From NCBI GenBank assembly GCA_958296135.2, contig CATQHZ020000001.1, positions 2,912,001 to 2,976,000 of the forward strand: a stretch of 64,000 nucleotides of DNA, in the 5' to 3' direction. This document shows positions 38,965 to 49,018 of the stretch, piece after piece; within the stretch, counting starts at the first letter, position 1, and each line of letters opens with the position of its first letter. The stretch comes from an uncultured Poribacteria bacterium (GTDB taxonomy: Bacteria; Poribacteria; WGA-4E; WGA-3G). The notes below the pieces were generated by a model. That model ran no database searches, was not told the origin of the DNA, and saw only the letters and a program-made list of their open reading frames with translations. The position numbers and the translations under genes are program-made.

Positions 38965-40363
38965 CCTAGCCCCCGAAAATCGAGACACATCGTGATAAAA
39001 GCGGATTTATCGTGATAAACGCCAACATAAGTGCTATACGAAGTGTTTCGGTATGTCCTCCCGTCTACGGGAGATACAAACCTTTTGCCCACCTTATGAT
39101 ATAGGCGACACACAGCATACGGGAACACACGATGAAAACTCATCATATTGCCTTGCGGCCCTCTGTGGCGCAGGTTCAACAATTCCATCAGCATGCCGGA
39201 TTCCGACGCTTCGTCTATAACTATGCTTTGTCCGATTTCAAAGCGGGCTTGACAGCAGGCGAATGGCGGAACGGCCGCACCCTGCGCGCTAGGTTTAATG
39301 CGGTAAAGGATACGCAGTTTGCGTGGCAGAAACGGCTCATCGCCCGCGTGGCATCACATGCCTTCGATGATTTTAACACTGCCTGTCAACGGTGGAAAAA
39401 CAAGCTGTCCAAGTTTCCGAAGTATAAGCGGAAGTCGGGTAAACAATCGTTTCGCGTTGACAATAAACGCAATGCGATAAAATGTGAAGGTAAACGGCTT
39501 TACCTGCCGAAGATAGGCTGGGTGCGGACGTTTGAAGCGTTGCGGTTCAAAGGTGACGTGATGCGCGTAGTGATTAAGAAGCGAGGCCCTCGTTGGTTTG
39601 CATCGGTGCTCGTCGAAACCACGCCCCGAGCCAAACCCGATTTACGCGGGTTGCCTCCCGTGGGTATCGATGTAGGTATCAACACCCTCGCCACTTGCTC
39701 TGATGGACGCACCTTTGGAAACCCACGCGCCTTGGCCCGTTATCAGCGTCAACTCCGCCGTGCGCAACGCGCCCTAAGTCGTTCAGTCTATCGCAGTCAG
39801 AATTGGTGGAAAAAGAAGGAACGTGTTGTCCGTATCCACTATCGTATCGCTTGCATCCGCGAAGACGCGCATCACAAAGCCAGCACGGCGATTGTGAAAG
39901 GTGTCTCAGCAATCGGTATCGAATCTCTGAACGTGAAAGGCATGATGAAAAACCGCCGGATTGCGAAGGCATTATCAGACGCAGCACTCGGGGGATTTCT
40001 TACCAAGTTAAAGACGAAGGCGGCGGCACTCGGCGTGCATATTGAGGAAGCATCTCAGTGGTTCGCTTCATCGAAGACGTGCAGTGCTTGTGGACATAAG
40101 AAGGATACCCTCACGTTATCGGAACGTGACTATCACTGCAGTGACTGTGGGTTGCGCATCGACCGAGACCGGAACGCTGCTATAAATTTAGAACCCTCGC
40201 CGCTGGTTTGACGGAGAGGAAAAACGCCTGTGGAGCTCGTGTCAGACCTCATTGTAGGCACACCTGGTGTGACTCGGAGGCGGTGAGTGCTGAAGCAGGA
40301 ACTTTAGAAATCGGACAGACTCATACGGACTTGTCCAGATATGTCTCGATTTCAGGGAACAGG
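38965..40363 (+). mobile_element. Non-autonomous tnpB-only IS element with IS607-like ends
   Basis: Left end CCTAGCCCCCGAAAATCGAGACACATC imperfectly matches the reverse complement of the right end (CCTGTTCCCTGAAATCGAGACATATC); subterminal ATCGTGATAAA twice; no tnpA. Confidence 0.7.
39132..40211 (+). CDS. tnpB: RNA-guided endonuclease TnpB (IS200/IS605/IS607 OrfB)
   Basis: HAGFRRFVYN N-terminus; RuvC motifs VGIDVG, IGIESL and DRDRNAA; zinc finger CSACG..CSDCG; all apparently intact. Confidence 0.95.
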   Translation: MKTHHIALRPSVAQVQQFHQHAGFRRFVYNYALSDFKAGLTAGEWRNGRTLRARFNAVKDTQFAWQKRLIARVASHAFDDFNTACQRWKNKLSKFPKYKRKSGKQSFRVDNKRNAIKCEGKRLYLPKIGWVRTFEALRFKGDVMRVVIKKRGPRWFASVLVETTPRAKPDLRGLPPVGIDVGINTLATCSDGRTFGNPRALARYQRQLRRAQRALSRSVYRSQNWWKKKERVVRIHYRIACIREDAHHKASTAIVKGVSAIGIESLNVKGMMKNRRIAKALSDAALGGFLTKLKTKAAALGVHIEEASQWFASSKTCSACGHKKDTLTLSERDYHCSDCGLRIDRDRNAAINLEPSPLV

Positions 40364-40383
40364 TTAAAATGGTTAACACGACG
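40180..40383 (+). ncRNA. Predicted omega/reRNA scaffold plus flanking guide of TnpB (5' boundary uncertain)
   Basis: Position at the tnpB 3' end; GCCTGTGGAG..GTCAGACC..TGAAGCAGGAA motifs typical of tnpB right ends; the guide would be 40364-40383. Confidence 0.55.
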
Positions 40384-41478
40384 AGGGTTCAGCGCGCGCA
40401 AGCACGGATGAGACAGCAGGGCATCGATGCCTATCTCATCCTCACGCACGACGACTACGTCTACTTTTTCGGCGAAGACCGGTATCAGCCGCGCGCCATT
40501 ATCCCAGGGGAAGGCGTGCCTATTGTCGTCACCTTTACGGGTGAGGAAGCCGAGGTGCGAGCGTCCCTCGGTGTGGAAGATGTGCGGGTTTTCGGTTCCG
40601 TTGGGCAACAGATTAAAGACGTGGTGCAGGTGATGCGCCAGATGAGAGGCACGCAGCAGAAACTCACCATCGGAGTCCAGATGTGGTTTTCAACCCCGGC
40701 ATTCTTGCTGAATCTCTTCCAAAAAGCGAATCCACACGTCACGGTGGTGGACATTGCCCCGGTGATGGATGAGCTCCGTATGGTGAAAGATGCTGCCGAG
40801 GTCGCGCTCATGCAACGCGCGGCTGATATCGCGGCTATCGGCATGGAGACGGCGGTGAGAACGCTCGAACCGGGTGTTACGGAAAATGACGTGGCAGCCG
40901 AGGTGGAATACGCCATGCGGAAAGCCGGTGGACACGGAGTGGCAACACCGGTGTTCGTGAACTCCGGCATCCGGTCGGGCTGGCTGCACGGCACTGCGAC
41001 AGACAAACCGATTGAATCCGGCGACCTGGTAGTCCTCGATCTGGTGCCGCGTTACAAAGGTTACTGCGCGAACCTCTGCCGCGCGTTCGTCATTGGCGCG
41101 CCAACGGCGAAGCAGCAGGAGCTATTTGATACCTATAAACGCGCGCAGGCCGCGGGTATCACCGCACTGAAGCCGGGGGCGCGGATGCGTGACATCGATG
41201 CGGCAGCCAAGCAGGTTTTCGAGGAAGCCGGCTACGGCGCATTCTATGTTGCGGGTATCAGCCACAGCATAGGGCTCGGCTTTGAGGAAACGCCCGCGCC
41301 GACTATCCACCCCGGCGATTCGGGGATGCAGATTCGTGAAGGGATGACGGTGACAGTGGGGCACCCCGTGCTTTCTGTCCCCGGCATCGGCGGCGTACGG
41401 CTGGAGGATACGTTCCATATTGCGTCAGGTGAGGCGAAACCGCTGACAAATTTCCCGACAGCGTTTCGCATTGTCTGA
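40369..41478 (+). CDS. M24-family (Xaa-Pro peptidase / creatinase-like) hydrolase
   Basis: Creatinase-type N-domain, LRMVKD..E, SHSIGL, GGVRLEDT; some metal ligands substituted. Confidence 0.85.
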   Translation: MVNTTRVQRAQARMRQQGIDAYLILTHDDYVYFFGEDRYQPRAIIPGEGVPIVVTFTGEEAEVRASLGVEDVRVFGSVGQQIKDVVQVMRQMRGTQQKLTIGVQMWFSTPAFLLNLFQKANPHVTVVDIAPVMDELRMVKDAAEVALMQRAADIAAIGMETAVRTLEPGVTENDVAAEVEYAMRKAGGHGVATPVFVNSGIRSGWLHGTATDKPIESGDLVVLDLVPRYKGYCANLCRAFVIGAPTAKQQELFDTYKRAQAAGITALKPGARMRDIDAAAKQVFEEAGYGAFYVAGISHSIGLGFEETPAPTIHPGDSGMQIREGMTVTVGHPVLSVPGIGGVRLEDTFHIASGEAKPLTNFPTAFRIV

Positions 41479-41537
41479 GTATTTTGTGCGTCTGTGAACT
41501 ATCAGATGCTTCTAGAGGCAACAGGAGGCGACACAAC

Positions 41538-43039
41538 ATGAGAAATGCCCTCTACTTTGGCGATAACCTCCAGGTGATGCGCGAGATGCAAACCGCACGC
41601 TACCACACCTGTTATCTCGATCCGCCGTTCAACAGCGGCCGCAAGTACAACATCTTCCTCGCCGCGTCTAAAGCGCACCGCAAGGCGTTTGACGATATCT
41701 GGCGGTGGGACGACGCGGCGCGCGAGAATCAAGACGCTGTCCTTCACTACGATGGACGGCATCCTGAATTAGTTGAGACGATGGACAATTTATCAGATTG
41801 TTTATCAGGATTTAACTATTGGTTAAGGGGGGGGGTAAAGCAGAAGAATCGATGCGCGCCTATTTGGCATTCATGGCCCCGCGGTTGGCAGAGATTTGGC
41901 GGTTGCTGACACCGACGGGGAGCGTCTTTCTCCACTGTGACCCGCACGCGAGCCACTATCTGAAATGCATGATGGATGCGATTTTTGGCGCGTCGAATTT
42001 CCGGAACGAGATTGTGTGGTGTTATACCGGGCCGAGTAATACCAAACGCTGGTTTCCTCGGAAACACGATATCCTGCTCTTTTATGCGAAGGGGCAAGCG
42101 AGCACCTTCCACCGAGACGCGGTCCGCATTCCTTACAGCGATGCCTTCGTGGCGCGCAGGAAATATGCTGAGGGTGAAAGCGGCATTACTGCCGGGTATT
42201 CCGATGGCAGAGACGACGCAGCGGTGACTGCGTCTTTCGGCAAAGGCAAAGTCATCGAGGATTATTGGACAGATATTCCTGCAGGCGGACAAATATCTAA
42301 GCAAGAACTGCTTGGCTATCCGACGCAGAAGCCGCTCGCGCTTTTGGAACGGATTATCAAAGCCGCTTCCACTCCCGGTGATATTGTCTTCGATCCGTTT
42401 TGTGGCTGCGGCACGGCGTTAGATGCCGCACACGGCCTCAATCGGCATTGGGTAGGCATCGATTTGACGGTGCTCGCTTTGGAACCCATGGAGCGGCGGC
42501 TGCGCGAACGGCACGGGCTTGTCCCCAAAGTGGACTACGCCATTGAGGGATATCCGACAACGTGTCAGGATGCTATTCTCCTCGCCGAGCAGAACCCACA
42601 CGATTTTGCAAACTGGGCTGTCACCCGATTGGGACTTGCGCCGACAGCGAACAGCAACGATGGCGGGTTCGATGGCACGGGGAAGGTGCTGCTTTGGGAA
42701 AACAGCAGCGCGGCGACGCAGCTGCCGGTTATCGCGGAGGTAAAATCGGGGAGGAGTCTGTCCCCCAATCAGGTGCGCGCGTTCCGCACGGCGATGCAGG
42801 ATGCGAACGCCGCCATCGGCATTTTCATCACCTTGCACCCTGTCACGCGCGGGATGCGGCATCTCGCCGAGGCAGCAGGTGCAATTGAGCATAACGGGAA
42901 ACGATACCCGCGCTTGCAATTTTGGCAGTTAACGGATGCGTATTTTGAGGCGGGCATCATTCCCGTGAACTTGCCGTGGCAGGTAGATGAACGTCCAAAG
43001 GCAGTGCGGCATTACGGTGAGGAGCAGACCTATTTCTGA
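41538..43039 (+). pseudogene. Beta-class DNA methyltransferase fused to an Mrr-like endonuclease domain, frameshifted at a G9 tract
   Basis: AGGAGG SD + ATG 41538; first frame has YFGDNL and YLDPPFNS; second frame has FRNEIVW, YPTQKP, FDPFCGCGT and DGGFDG..AEVKSG; shift at 41827-41835. Confidence 0.88.
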
Positions 43040-43412
43040 ATTCGGGGAGCGGGCGGAAACGATAGACATCCGCTCTGACACGCACTGCGCATGCCCGCTT
43101 GCCGAAAATGCCCTCTTAATTACTGAAACTTCAGGCGAGTTTGCTCTATGAAGGGACGCGCCAATTTTAAAACTGGCTCGCTCTGGAAAAAACATTGACA
43201 TTTCAGATTGACTTCTGTTAAAATAGTTCAGAGATGTTTCCAAGGCGGGATGCCCGCTTGTTGGCATTGCCAAAAAAAGTTTTTTCTTGGAACTTTCTTA
43301 TGACTTAGGTGTTTATTGTAAGTAATAAGCATTGTTGGGCGGCGTTTCGCCCACGTTTTTATTTATTCAACCCGGTATTCCTTGGAAGGAATGCAAACGA
43401 GAGGAACAGACA

Positions 43413-43802
43413 ATGAAAAACTCAAATGTGCTGACTCTGCTCAGCGTTATGGTGCTGTGCGCGATGGCGTTTACTGCCACAGTGGTGTTCGCGCAAGGCT
43501 TCAATCTTCAGGAAGCGCAACAGCAAGCTCAAGAGAGACGCGAGCGCATTGATAGACACTGTCCTGCCGATGATTTGCGAGCTGCCGTGGGGGCATACAT
43601 TTTGGCCAACCAGGCTGTTGATGATGCCCAGGATGCCTATGATAAGGCGGTAGCGGCAGGCTCCACAGTGGATATTGTTAATGCTACACTCAGTTTAGCC
43701 ATCGCTAAGGCGGCGGCAGTGATACGCTTCAACGAAGCCGTCGCGGCCTCTCGGGCGTACTCGGCGTGCTTAAGCTCAATCGGCATCACTGACAGACAGT
43801 AA
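43413..43802 (+). CDS. Hypothetical secreted alpha-helical protein
   Basis: GAGGA SD, signal peptide ending VFA-Q, Ala-rich, two Cys in the mature part. Confidence 0.7.
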   Translation: MKNSNVLTLLSVMVLCAMAFTATVVFAQGFNLQEAQQQAQERRERIDRHCPADDLRAAVGAYILANQAVDDAQDAYDKAVAAGSTVDIVNATLSLAIAKAAAVIRFNEAVAASRAYSACLSSIGITDRQ

Positions 43803-44017
43803 CAGCTGGCGGTACACGCCGCCGCGAACTCCCGGTGGGCGAGGGGTTGCCCCTCGCCCCACGCATAGCCATCAGTCCCAGGGCCCAGCAGAACCCGCGG
43901 TCTACCGAAACTTTACCGTGCAAAGGCATACCTCTCTAGTATCTGCAGCATTGCTCTTCAACACAGTTCTTCAACACAGAGAGGTGTGCCGTTCAATTCT
44001 TGAGAAAGGAGCCATTT

Positions 44018-44644
44018 ATGAGACGAAGTACCTACGTATTTTCAGGGTTGGCTTTACTGTTAATCGCGCTCGGCGTGCACTACTTCTTCCTTCGGGAAAA
44101 ACTGGAGGCACCGGCGACGAGGAAGTATAGCGCGACACCCGCGAAATCGGATACCCAGAAAGAGAAAACGTCTGCATCTTCTGAACTCCAGATGGATTCA
44201 GAGGGGGAGCTATTTGATGAGGAAGATGGAGAGACGCTTTCGGGTTCAGACTTGAGTGACCTCGAAGGTGAGGATGCCGATGCAACCGCAGGAGAGTCAG
44301 TTTTCACCGGCGGTGGCGAGGAACAGACTGGGTTTACGGAGGCAGAGATAGCCGAGGTGAAAGCAGAGATGGCGGCGGTAGAAAAGACGTTAGCGGAAGG
44401 CGAGGTCTTGTTAGAGAGGGCTCAGCAGTCGCTGGACGCGTCAATTCCTATCGTTTTAGCACATCTCAACAAACTGTCGCCCGAAGAACAGCGCGACTTT
44501 TTGGCGCAGGTTCGGAACTCACTGTACAACAAATTACCCCCCGAGGTCGCGGCACTCGTGGATGAAGACCCGGAAATTTTAGATGAGGCGGTGGAGCAGT
44601 ATTTAGAGCGGCTTTTTCAAGCGGGGTATGAGCTGCCAGAGTGA
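44018..44644 (+). CDS. Hypothetical membrane-anchored acidic protein
   Basis: AAGGAG SD, N-terminal TM helix, acidic linker, helical C-terminus. Confidence 0.7.
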   Translation: MRRSTYVFSGLALLLIALGVHYFFLREKLEAPATRKYSATPAKSDTQKEKTSASSELQMDSEGELFDEEDGETLSGSDLSDLEGEDADATAGESVFTGGGEEQTGFTEAEIAEVKAEMAAVEKTLAEGEVLLERAQQSLDASIPIVLAHLNKLSPEEQRDFLAQVRNSLYNKLPPEVAALVDEDPEILDEAVEQYLERLFQAGYELPE

Positions 44645-44719
44645 GAATGGATGCGGCTTCGTGCTTAACGCCCGGGTCGTGTAGAGTAGGGCGCGGTTGG
44701 AAAGCGCGGTTTGTGTGAG

Positions 44720-45484
44720 TCAGAGTGACAAAATTCCGCCTTCAACTAGCATCGGTGCCCCGGTCATGTATCTTGACTCATCGGCGGCGAGATACACCGC
44801 GGCCCAGGCGATGTCCTCCGGTTCGCCGATACCTAACGGGTGCATCTCCTCGATTTCCTTGTTTATCGCCCCCGGGTCTGGCTGCTGCGCCAAGAATTCT
44901 TGATAGAGTTCGGTGTTAATCGTGCCTGGGCACAGGCTGTTGACACGGATGTTGTCTGCCGCGTACCGTACTGCCATGCTGCGCGTGAGATGCACGACGG
45001 CGGCTTTGGAGGAGGTATACGCTGGGTGCATCGGGAACCCGACGAACGCGGATTCGCTGCCCATGTTGATGATGGAGCCGCCGTCTGCATCTCGCATCAG
45101 CGGGATTATCGCGCGGGAGACGAGATAGATGCTCTTCACATTGACAGCGTATTGCCGTTCCCAGTCTGCCTCAGAAATCTCTTCCAGTTCCCCAATAACA
45201 GCGATGCCTGCGTTGTTAAAGAGGACGTTGGGTGTGCCGAGTTCTGTCACTACTTTGGCAACAGCGCGCTCAATTTGCGCGGCATCGGTTACGTCGCATT
45301 GACAGAACAGCACTGTGCCGCCTGCCGCTTGAATCGCGTTTGCGGTGGTTTGCCCGCGTTCAGCGTTGAGATCCCAGATGGCGACAGCGGCTCCTTCTTG
45401 TGCGAAAAGCTGCGCGCTTTTCGCGCCGATGCCGCGCGCGGCCCCTGTGATAATCGCAATCTTGTTTTTTAATCGGTTTGCCAT
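44720..45484 (-). CDS. SDR-family oxidoreductase
   Basis: TGAARGIG, NNAG and YTSSK motifs. Confidence 0.93.
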   Translation of the reverse strand: MANRLKNKIAIITGAARGIGAKSAQLFAQEGAAVAIWDLNAERGQTTANAIQAAGGTVLFCQCDVTDAAQIERAVAKVVTELGTPNVLFNNAGIAVIGELEEISEADWERQYAVNVKSIYLVSRAIIPLMRDADGGSIINMGSESAFVGFPMHPAYTSSKAAVVHLTRSMAVRYAADNIRVNSLCPGTINTELYQEFLAQQPDPGAINKEIEEMHPLGIGEPEDIAWAAVYLAADESRYMTGAPMLVEGGILSL

Positions 45485-45666
45485 AGCGTTGTGCAGTCCT
45501 CGCCGGTAGGCGCGCTTTGTAAAGCGTACCTACCGGTGTTCTCGTTCAGGCTCTGTAGGGCGAGCGCGCGTGAAGATGGAAGAAATAAACAGGCGGAAAC
45601 CATAGCCATCGGCCCTGACACGCTCGGCACTCGGGCTGGCCCGAGCCCAAATTATAGGAAAAGCGT

Positions 45667-46470
45667 CTATAGTTCTCGCAAGAGAGAAACCCACCGTTCC
45701 CACGCCGCTTGCACGGCGGATTTCTGCGCGTCGTTGGCATCTGCTGCCATGCCGCGTCTCAGGAAAGCGTGGCCGACTCCCTCATAGATTACCGGTTCGT
45801 AGGTGACGTTTGCGGTATCCGCCGCCGCTTTGGTGGCATCAATTGTTGCGTTAATGCGGTTGTCACTCTCACCGTAAAACCCGTAGACTGGTGCTGACAC
45901 TTTCGGGACATCTTCCACAGGCGGCGCGGAGCCGTAGAACACGAAAGAACCGGCTACTTCATCGGAATGGACGGCGTAACTGAACGTCTGTTTTCCGCCC
46001 CAGCAGAACCCAGAAACCGCGACTTTCTCGTTGGTTGAAGGCAAAGCGCGGGCGTATTTCTGGACAGCATCCAGAGCAGCGTGAACTCTCTCGGCGGAGA
46101 GTTCTCTGATTTTGCGTCGGACCTCGTCCCCGGAGGCGAAGCTGTTTGTCCCGCCGCCCTCGGGTCCCATGCCCGAAAGCAGGTCTGGGCAAAGCGCGAC
46201 AAATCCTTCGGCGGCGAGCCGGTCGGCGACGAGCCGAATCCAATCGGTGAGTCCGAAGATTTCGTGGATGACGATGATCGCGGTTGCTGCCTCCTTTACC
46301 TCCGGATAGACGACGAACGTATTGACGACATGTCCATCGGCGGCGGTGATTTTCTCCCACTCGCCGTGGCGCGGTGATTTCTCGAGTTCTGCCTTCGGGG
46401 TGTCAGCAGTGGTGTTCCCTGCAAGCAGCATGCCGGTGGCGATGATGCTGAGCATAACGGTTTTTAGCAT
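45667..46470 (-). CDS. Dienelactone hydrolase family protein (secreted)
   Basis: HEIFGL, GFCWGG nucleophile motif, GVGHAF; GAGGAGG SD. Confidence 0.92.
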   Translation of the reverse strand: MLKTVMLSIIATGMLLAGNTTADTPKAELEKSPRHGEWEKITAADGHVVNTFVVYPEVKEAATAIIVIHEIFGLTDWIRLVADRLAAEGFVALCPDLLSGMGPEGGGTNSFASGDEVRRKIRELSAERVHAALDAVQKYARALPSTNEKVAVSGFCWGGKQTFSYAVHSDEVAGSFVFYGSAPPVEDVPKVSAPVYGFYGESDNRINATIDATKAAADTANVTYEPVIYEGVGHAFLRRGMAADANDAQKSAVQAAWERWVSLLREL

Positions 46471-46548
46471 ATTTTCCTCCTCATTCAGGTTCCGTTTCTC
46501 TGGTAGGCGCGCTTTCAAAGCGCGCCTACCGGGCTCGTTCGGCCTCCC

Positions 46549-47583
46549 TCATTTCTCTTTTACGTCGCGGGTGATGATAGATTTGACAACCTTCAGTTTT
46601 TCGGGAGACGGGACTGCGCCGTATAAGAAAAAGACGATGTCGGCGCGGGACCAGATGAAGACATCCTCATGCCCGCGTTTGTGTCTGTAGAGAGTCGTTC
46701 CGCCGATGTCGATTTTCTTGCCGCGCCGGTCTCCTCTCATTCGGCTTCCTATTGTCTCAAAAATCGAGAATCCCAGCAGGCCGTCAGTGTAGGTAAGGTG
46801 AATCGCGCGCTCTCTGTCTTTAATCCAACGAAGTTCTAACAGTTGGAAGCCGGCTGGCAGGTATGCCGGCAGGACGAGTTTGCCATTTAGTAATGCGTTT
46901 GCATTTTCATACGAAATCGGTTGGCTGCGCCGTGGTGCGACATGAATCTCATTCTGGTATTTCTGCCATTGGGTTTGGACAACTTCCGGATCGAAGCTGA
47001 GTCGGGTGTAGGCGAACATTTCCCGTAGCGTGCCCTCCGAATCCAGGTCTTTCACCTCCAAGATAACTCCGTTTTTGCGTGCGAAGGTGATGTATTTAGC
47101 AGGTCTGCCGGGTAGTTTGGGCTTAATGGCTAAGAGGGCTGTTTCGTAGTTCAAGGTTTTGTCGCTCAAATGTTCCAATTCCAGTTGGTAATTTTGGGAG
47201 AGGAGTTCAATCTCTTTTTTCGAGAATTGGCTCCGATTGCGTTCCCATTCGCCGAGTTTTCTGGCTCTGTCCCGGTTTCTGCTTCTGCGGCGGCGATTTT
47301 TTTCGTGTGTGCCGCGTCCCTGTTCCCTTTCTACGGGCTGTTTCTCGCCGACGATGGATAACACTTTCCGGTAGGAGTGCTCTGCGCTTTTATGGATGAC
47401 GAGTACCTCCATCGTTCTGGTGCCGTTGGAGGTGCCGATTGTCTTGAGCCGCACGCCGACATAACTGACATCGCGTTGCGCTTCGGCGATGCGGCAAAGC
47501 GTGTCTACGTCAGCAAACGGGAGGTTAGCCGGTGAGAGCCAAAAGGTTAGAATTGAGAGGCAGATGAGGTTGAGATACTTCAT
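46549..47583 (-). CDS. MucB/RseB-like periplasmic regulator
   Basis: Signal peptide, VSYVG, ELLSQNY, LPAYLPAGFQL..HLTYTDGLLGFSIFE; third gene after sigma and anti-sigma. Confidence 0.7.
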   Translation of the reverse strand: MKYLNLICLSILTFWLSPANLPFADVDTLCRIAEAQRDVSYVGVRLKTIGTSNGTRTMEVLVIHKSAEHSYRKVLSIVGEKQPVEREQGRGTHEKNRRRRSRNRDRARKLGEWERNRSQFSKKEIELLSQNYQLELEHLSDKTLNYETALLAIKPKLPGRPAKYITFARKNGVILEVKDLDSEGTLREMFAYTRLSFDPEVVQTQWQKYQNEIHVAPRRSQPISYENANALLNGKLVLPAYLPAGFQLLELRWIKDRERAIHLTYTDGLLGFSIFETIGSRMRGDRRGKKIDIGGTTLYRHKRGHEDVFIWSRADIVFFLYGAVPSPEKLKVVKSIITRDVKEK

Positions 47584-47629
47584 AAAAAAGTTCAATGGCC
47601 CGTGGTGCGAGGGCCCGTTCTTCGCAATC

Positions 47630-48199
47630 TTATTCCTCTAAGTAGAGGTCGAACAGTTCAGCGTCATCGAGGGTGTCGATTGGATTTATCATGTCACTGC
47701 TGAGCGGGGTGCCGACGTTTGAGCTCAACGGGCTATCCGCCACCTGCTCCGTGTGGAGTCCGAAGTAGAAATCAAGTGCTTCTTCATAGTGAGTTCCGGT
47801 CGGATAGAGGTAGAGGAACCCGACGGTGAGCGCGAGCGTCAAGACTGCACTTGCTCCTGCGGTTATGGGTTGGAAGACCCATGGTTTTGTTTTCTTCAGT
47901 GCTTGCGCGCCTTCGCGCAGGGAAAGCACGGCATTTCTGAAGAGGATGCCGATGCGTTGTGACACGGTTACGGGCGGCAGTGCGGCTTGCGCGCGGACCT
48001 GTGTCATCACCGCCGCCTTTATCGGCGGCACGGGCCTCGCGAGTGCTGCAATGTGACGACGGTTCCGCTGGAACGTGGCGAGCAGCTGCCGACACTCAGT
48101 GCAGCCGCGTAGATGCGCCGCGACTTGCTCTTGCGTCGCTGGCGATAGTTCATCGTCTAAATAGGCGGATAATTCGTTTTGGATACGTTGATGGTTCAT
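47630..48199 (-). CDS. Zinc-finger (HC2) anti-sigma factor
   Basis: LSAYLDDEL..HLRGCTEC (HxxxCxxC) plus one TM helix. Confidence 0.88.
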   Translation of the reverse strand: MNHQRIQNELSAYLDDELSPATQEQVAAHLRGCTECRQLLATFQRNRRHIAALARPVPPIKAAVMTQVRAQAALPPVTVSQRIGILFRNAVLSLREGAQALKKTKPWVFQPITAGASAVLTLALTVGFLYLYPTGTHYEEALDFYFGLHTEQVADSPLSSNVGTPLSSDMINPIDTLDDAELFDLYLEE

Positions 48200-48385
48200 C
48201 TGAATTTTGGATTTCCTAGTGGGCGTTTTACATTGCCTCTGAGCGTAACTCCGCCCTTACCAGGCCGAACTCACGTTGTGAGTTCTTGCAAAAACTTATC
48301 AAAGGCACACCCCGCGTCAGCCGAGACGCATCGGATTTCTCCCTGCGAAACCGCGTTGACCGGACGCTTGGCGGTGCTACTAAAA

Positions 48386-49018
48386 TTACCACTCGTAGTC
48401 AAACTTCTCTAATTCCGCTTTCAACGCCTTTCGGGCTTCATGCAACCGGGATTTGACGCGTCCGAGCGTGCAGCCGAGGACTGCAGCAATTTCGTTATAG
48501 GAGAGTTCTTGGAGTTCCCGCAGGACCAGGATAGTCCGATGGTTCTCCTTGAGCTTGGCGAGCGCGGCATGGACAAGCTGCTTGCGTTCCTCGTAGAGTG
48601 CGAGTCGTTCTGGGGTTTCCGTGTCAAGCGGCACCCACGGCTGTGTATCGTCAATCTCCATCGGATCGGTTTTGCGGCGCTGCCGCTGATCGAGCAGATT
48701 GAGTGCCTTGTTTTTCACGATGCGGTAGAACCATGTGGAAAACCGGGACTTGAATTTAAACTGTCCGATGTTTTGCCACGCGGAGAGGAATGCGTCTTGC
48801 GTGACATCCTGCGCGTCTTCGTGATGGCTGAGGAGGCCGTAGGCGATGTTGTATGCCCACTGTTGGTAGCGAATCACGAGGACTTCCATTGCGTCGGCAT
48901 CGCCGTTTTGGCACTGCAAGACGAGTTCGCGTTCTTCCTCGAGGTCAAAATCTTCTATCGAATCGCTTTCAACCTCCGAGTAGGTATCTATATAGGCTGT
49001 AAAAGTAGCAACAGACAT
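48386..49018 (-). CDS. ECF sigma-70 factor (RpoE-like)
   Basis: DAQDVTQDAF, FSTWFYRIVKN, LSYNEIA..GRVKSRLHEAR motifs. Confidence 0.93.
   Translation of the reverse strand: MSVATFTAYIDTYSEVESDSIEDFDLEEERELVLQCQNGDADAMEVLVIRYQQWAYNIAYGLLSHHEDAQDVTQDAFLSAWQNIGQFKFKSRFSTWFYRIVKNKALNLLDQRQRRKTDPMEIDDTQPWVPLDTETPERLALYEERKQLVHAALAKLKENHRTILVLRELQELSYNEIAAVLGCTLGRVKSRLHEARKALKAELEKFDYEW

Noticed and set aside
38965-39131. Group I intron (IStron) or tnpA at the left end of the TnpB element
   Set aside because: Only ~165 bp precede tnpB, too short for either, and no such motifs were seen
48200-48385. Possible structured ncRNA between the ECF sigma and anti-sigma genes
   Set aside because: The 186-bp gap is unusual, but I could not identify a convincing fold or known family by eye
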